The position numbers and the translations under genes are program-made. From positions 933,589-997,588 of the forward strand of contig CAVVAV010000003.1 in the NCBI GenBank assembly GCA_963746405.1: DNA of 64,000 nucleotides. Direction: 5' to 3'. The stretch comes from an uncultured Chloroflexia bacterium. GTDB taxonomy: Bacteria > Chloroflexota > Limnocylindria > Limnocylindrales > CSP1-4. The notes beneath the pieces were generated by a model that saw only the letters and a list, made by a program, of their open reading frames with translations, ran no database searches and had not been told where the DNA came from. Of the stretch, positions 60,566-64,000 are shown in pieces (positions within the stretch are counted from its first letter, which is position 1; each line of letters opens with the position of its first letter).

Positions 60566-61589
60566 TCAGCGCCAGCCGAGGCCCGGAGCCACGTACCTGA
60601 GGATGCTCTCGATCGCGTGGGCGTTGTACTCGACGCCGAGCTGGTTCGGGACGGTCAGCAGCAGCGTGTCGGCGGCCTGGATGGCGGTGTCGCCGGCGAG
60701 CTCCTTGACGAGGACGTCGGGCTCCGCGGCGTAGGAGCGCCCGAAGATCGCCTTCGTCTGCGCGTCGATGTAGCCGACCTTGTCGGTCTCCTCGTTGCCG
60801 CGACCGAAATACGCCCGGTCCCGATCGTCGACCAGCGCGAAGATGCTGCGACTCACCGACACCCGCGGCTCGCGCTGGTGCCCCGCGGCCGTCCATGCCT
60901 CGCGGAACAGGCGGATCTGCTCGGCCTGGAGCTCGTGGAACGGCACACCGGCGTCTTCGGTCAGCAGGGTCGACGACATCAGGTTCATCCCCTGCTGGCC
61001 CGTCCATTGGGCGGTCGCCCGGGATCCCGCGCCCCACCAGATGCGCTCTCGCAGGCCCGGCGAATGCGGCTCGAGGCGGAGCAGTCCGGGCGGGTTCGGG
61101 AACATCGGCGTGGGGTTCGGCTGGGCAAACCCGACCCCGGACAGGGCCTGCAGGAACACCTCCGTGTGGTCGCGCGCCATGTCCGCGTCGGTCTTGCCTT
61201 CCGGCGGGCGCGTAGCCGAAGTAGCGGAAGCCGTCGATGACCTGCTCGGGCGAGCCGCGGCTGATCCCGAGCTGCAGCCGACCACCGGCGATCAGATCAG
61301 CCGCACCGGCGTCCTCGACCATGTACAGCGGGTTCTCGTAGCGCATGTCGATCACGGCCGTGCCGATCTCGATCCGCTTCGTCCGCGCCCCGATCGCCGC
61401 CAGGAGCGGGAACGGCGACGCGAGCTGCTGCGCGAAGTGGTGGACGCGGAAGTAGGCGCCGTCGGCCCCCAGATCCTCGACGGCTTCCGCGAGCTCGATC
61501 GATTGGATGAGCGCGTCGGATGCCGAGCGCACCTGGGAGTACGGCGAATCGGACCAGTGTCCGAACGAGAGGAATCCGATCTTCTTCAC
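60566..61589 (-). pseudogene. LLM-class flavin/F420-dependent oxidoreductase, +1 frameshift near 61200 (GG run)
   Basis: N-part KKIGFLSFGHW...RIEIGTAVI...FRYFGYAPA in ORF 60516..61595 frame; C-part EGKTDADMARDHTEVFLQAL... in ORF 60566..61285 frame. Confidence 0.7.
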
Positions 61590-61649
61590 GGGCAAAGTCT
61601 ACGGTCGAAGACGCTCCAGCCACTGTCTGACGGTCAACGTGCCCGGGCC

Positions 61650-62021
61650 TCAGCCCGGTCCGGCTCGCCGCATCCGCTCGAGCTCGCGGCGGAGACGCTT
61701 GCTCGGCCGGCCCTCCCCACGGACCGCTTTGATGCCGGGCGCGATCTCTCGGATCGCCGGCGGTGGGCTGTTGTCGACATAGCACGTGGCGGCGGCCGGC
61801 GCTCCGACGCGCGTTTCGATCGGCCGCACGACCTCGACGATCCGTTCACGTTCGGCGATGAGCGCATGCACCACGTCGCCGGCACGAACCTTCGTCGACG
61901 GCTTTGCCGGGTTGCCGTTGACGCGGACGTGCCCGCCATCGCACAGCTGGGTCGCCATGGGCCGGGTCTTGACGAGGCGCACCGCGCACAACCAGCGATC
62001 GATCCGTGTGTCGTCGGGCAT
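61650..62021 (-). CDS. S4 RNA-binding domain protein (Hsp15/HslR-like)
   Basis: RIDRWLCAVRLVKTRPMATQLCDGGHVRVNG S4 motif. Confidence 0.7.
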   Translation of the reverse strand: MPDDTRIDRWLCAVRLVKTRPMATQLCDGGHVRVNGNPAKPSTKVRAGDVVHALIAERERIVEVVRPIETRVGAPAAATCYVDNSPPPAIREIAPGIKAVRGEGRPSKRLRRELERMRRAGPG

Positions 62022-62055
62022 CCGGCAACCCTTCCCCGCGGCGCGTCGTCGCGTC

Positions 62056-62574
62056 CTAGCCCGAGACCGTGCCGGTCAGCGTCTCGCGGGGGAGCGCCTG
62101 GTTGGCAGGGTCGTACTCAGTCTCGATGGTCCCGGTTCCGCGGAGCTTCTCGAACGCGCCAGTGCCGCTAACGATCGTCCACGTACCCGCGTGGGGCACG
62201 CCCTCCATCTCCGCCGGCGTGAACACGATCCTGATCGTCCCGTCCGAGCAAGTGATCTTGCGGTCGATCAGGCCCAGCGGCTCGACGGCGGGGTCGAGGT
62301 TCGCATGCGAATCGCGGATGGTTCCGCCGGCGCAAAAGGTCCCGCCTCCAAGCGTGGACCCCTCGAGGACCTTCCCGGTGGCAATGGGCTCCGCACCTGA
62401 TGTGTCGGCGATCGCCATCTCCGTCAGGACCGTCATCGACTCCCCGGCCGACTCGCCGGTCGACAGCGCACTCGTTGGATTCCCACTACCCGACGTGGCG
62501 GCGCACGCCCCCACAAGAACCGCCACCGCAAGGCGCAGCACCACCGCTCCGCGCATCACCGCTCCCTCAAGCAT
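62056..62574 (-). CDS. Lipoprotein, hypothetical
   Basis: Lipobox LVGAC. Confidence 0.5.
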   Translation of the reverse strand: MLEGAVMRGAVVLRLAVAVLVGACAATSGSGNPTSALSTGESAGESMTVLTEMAIADTSGAEPIATGKVLEGSTLGGGTFCAGGTIRDSHANLDPAVEPLGLIDRKITCSDGTIRIVFTPAEMEGVPHAGTWTIVSGTGAFEKLRGTGTIETEYDPANQALPRETLTGTVSG

Positions 62575-62759
62575 CGACCACGCATGACTCGTGCAGTGTC
62601 GTCGCGAAACAACGTGTCGACAAGGGTCCCCGGCCGGGAGCTTGCGGTGAGCACGACGTGACGGCTAGTGTCCTTGTTCGTGGAGACTCTCCCGACGGCT
62701 GCGGCACTCCTCGCCGCCTCCAGCGCGGCCCTCACGACGATGGCACCGGCGGGAGTCCG

Positions 62760-63299
62760 ATGACCCGATACCTCGCCCTCCTGCGCGGCATCAACGTCGG
62801 CGGCCGGAACAAGGTGCCGATGGCGGCCCTCCGAGAGCTCCTCGAATCGCACGGCCACACCAAGGTCTCCACGTACATCGCCAGCGGCAACGTGATCCTG
62901 AGCTCCGACCGAACAGCGGCCGAGATCAAGCGCGAGCTCGAGGAAGCGCTCCCGAAGACGTTCAAGCTCGACAGCGAGCTGATCGCGGTCCACGTCCTGA
63001 CGCGAGCGCAGCTCCGAGCCGTCGTCCGGAAGCGGCCGAAGGGCTTCGGCGACAAGCGGGACACGTACAACAGCGACGCGATCTTCCTGATGGGAATCGA
63101 CACGCCGACGGCGATGAAGGTCTTCGACCCACGGCCAGGCGTCGACGAGGTGTGGCCGGGCACCGGCGTGATCTACTCGCAGCGGCTCAGCGCGCAACGG
63201 ACGAAGAGCCGCCTCGGCAAGATCGTGGGCACGCCGGCCTATAAGTCGATGACGATTCGCAGCTGGGCGACGACGATGGCGCTGCACGAGCGTATGTAG
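62760..63299 (+). CDS. DUF1697 family protein
   Basis: MTRYLALLRGINVGGRNKV signature N-term. Confidence 0.7.
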   Translation: MTRYLALLRGINVGGRNKVPMAALRELLESHGHTKVSTYIASGNVILSSDRTAAEIKRELEEALPKTFKLDSELIAVHVLTRAQLRAVVRKRPKGFGDKRDTYNSDAIFLMGIDTPTAMKVFDPRPGVDEVWPGTGVIYSQRLSAQRTKSRLGKIVGTPAYKSMTIRSWATTMALHERM

Positions 63300-63398
63300 G
63301 CGCCCGAGGACGACGCCTGACCTCTGGCTATTCGCTCGGCTGCATCGGGACCCGCGAGGGCGCGCCAACCGCCTAAGAACGCGGTAGCCTCTCTCCTC

Positions 63399-64000
63399 AT
63401 GGCACTCGGGTTCGGACTCCTCAGCGCACAGCTCCGGCCGGGCGAGACGGAGTGGACCCGCGCCTACGACGAGACGGTGCGCCTCGCGGTCGAGGCCGAA
63501 CGGCTCGGCTTCAGCTCCGTCTGGACGACAGAGCACCACTTCGTCGATGACGGCTACATGCCCTCGCTCCTCGTCGTCAGCGCGGCCCTAGCGCAGGCGA
63601 CCTCACGGATCGAGATCGGCACCGGCGTCATCCTCGCGCCGATGCATCACCCGCTGCGGCTTGCAGAAGATGCGGCGACCGTCCAGCTGCTGAGCCACGG
63701 TCGACTCGCGCTCGGCCTCGGGCTCGGCTGGTCGGAGGTCGAATACGCCGGGCTCGGAGCCGACATGCGCCGTCGCGGCGCGGCGATGGAGGAGACCCTC
63801 CAAATCCTGCCGCAGGCGTGGGCCGGTGAGCCCTTCACCCACCGGGGATCGGTCTATCAGCTCCCGACCCTCGCCGTCCGTCCGACACCGTCGACCCGGA
63901 TCCCGGTCCTCATCGGCGGCGGCGCCGAGCCGGCCATCCGCCGCGCGGCCCGACTCGCGGACGGTATCTTTTCGAACGCCCCGGCGGACCAGTTCCGCGA
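63399..64000 (+). CDS. LLM-class luciferase-like oxidoreductase (partial, continues past window)
   Basis: MALGFGLL...[12 protein letters not shown]...RIEIGTGVI. Confidence 0.75.
   Translation, partial: MALGFGLLSAQLRPGETEWTRAYDETVRLAVEAERLGFSSVWTTEHHFVDDGYMPSLLVVSAALAQATSRIEIGTGVILAPMHHPLRLAEDAATVQLLSHGRLALGLGLGWSEVEYAGLGADMRRRGAAMEETLQILPQAWAGEPFTHRGSVYQLPTLAVRPTPSTRIPVLIGGGAEPAIRRAARLADGIFSNAPADQFR

Noticed and set aside
60780-62171. 463-aa plus ORF antisense to the LLM and S4 genes
   Set aside because: Antisense artefact.

Overview
High-GC (~70%) bacterial chromosomal window on both strands, with gene content and synteny typical of a Gram-positive-like lineage (Actinomycetota or Chloroflexota cannot be distinguished from sequence alone). 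Most of the window is conserved housekeeping: hisA, an EF-G paralog, yebC-ruvC-ruvA-ruvB-tgt, recA-recX, RNase Y and YmdB in Bacillus-like order, TerC, MiaB, a peptide/nickel-type ABC transporter, a nucleoside hydrolase, an MttB-family methyltransferase, miaA, hflX, a GT39/LTA-synthase/methyltransferase envelope cluster, an MBL hydrolase, a threonine-dehydratase-like enzyme, a CPBP protease, vapBC and ACC deaminase. The stand-out feature is a ~9 kb co-directional minus-strand island (about 46.5-55.6 kb). Its GC content is mosaic: two lower-GC cassettes flank a high-GC relic of a DUF2075-like gene. It encodes an ATP-grasp enzyme with the NPNGQW motif of ATP-grasp RiPP (graspetide-type) maturases, a candidate precursor ORF, a 3-TM membrane protein, a DUF4062-HEAT-repeat protein, a coiled-coil 2-TM protein, an intact DUF2075-like nuclease/ATPase and a zinc-ribbon NERD protein; I read this as a candidate composite defense/RiPP island. 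Other notable points are a ~150-bp conserved element duplicated upstream of two adjacent unrelated genes, and an unusually high number of frameshifted or nonsense-interrupted non-essential genes (PHP, miaA, FadH/TMADH-like flavoenzyme, DUF4062 protein, coiled-coil protein, glyoxalase-like, LLM oxidoreductase), all at short G/C runs or (GC)n. Either the assembly carries indel errors or these are true pseudogenes. No rRNA, tRNA or CRISPR array was recognised.
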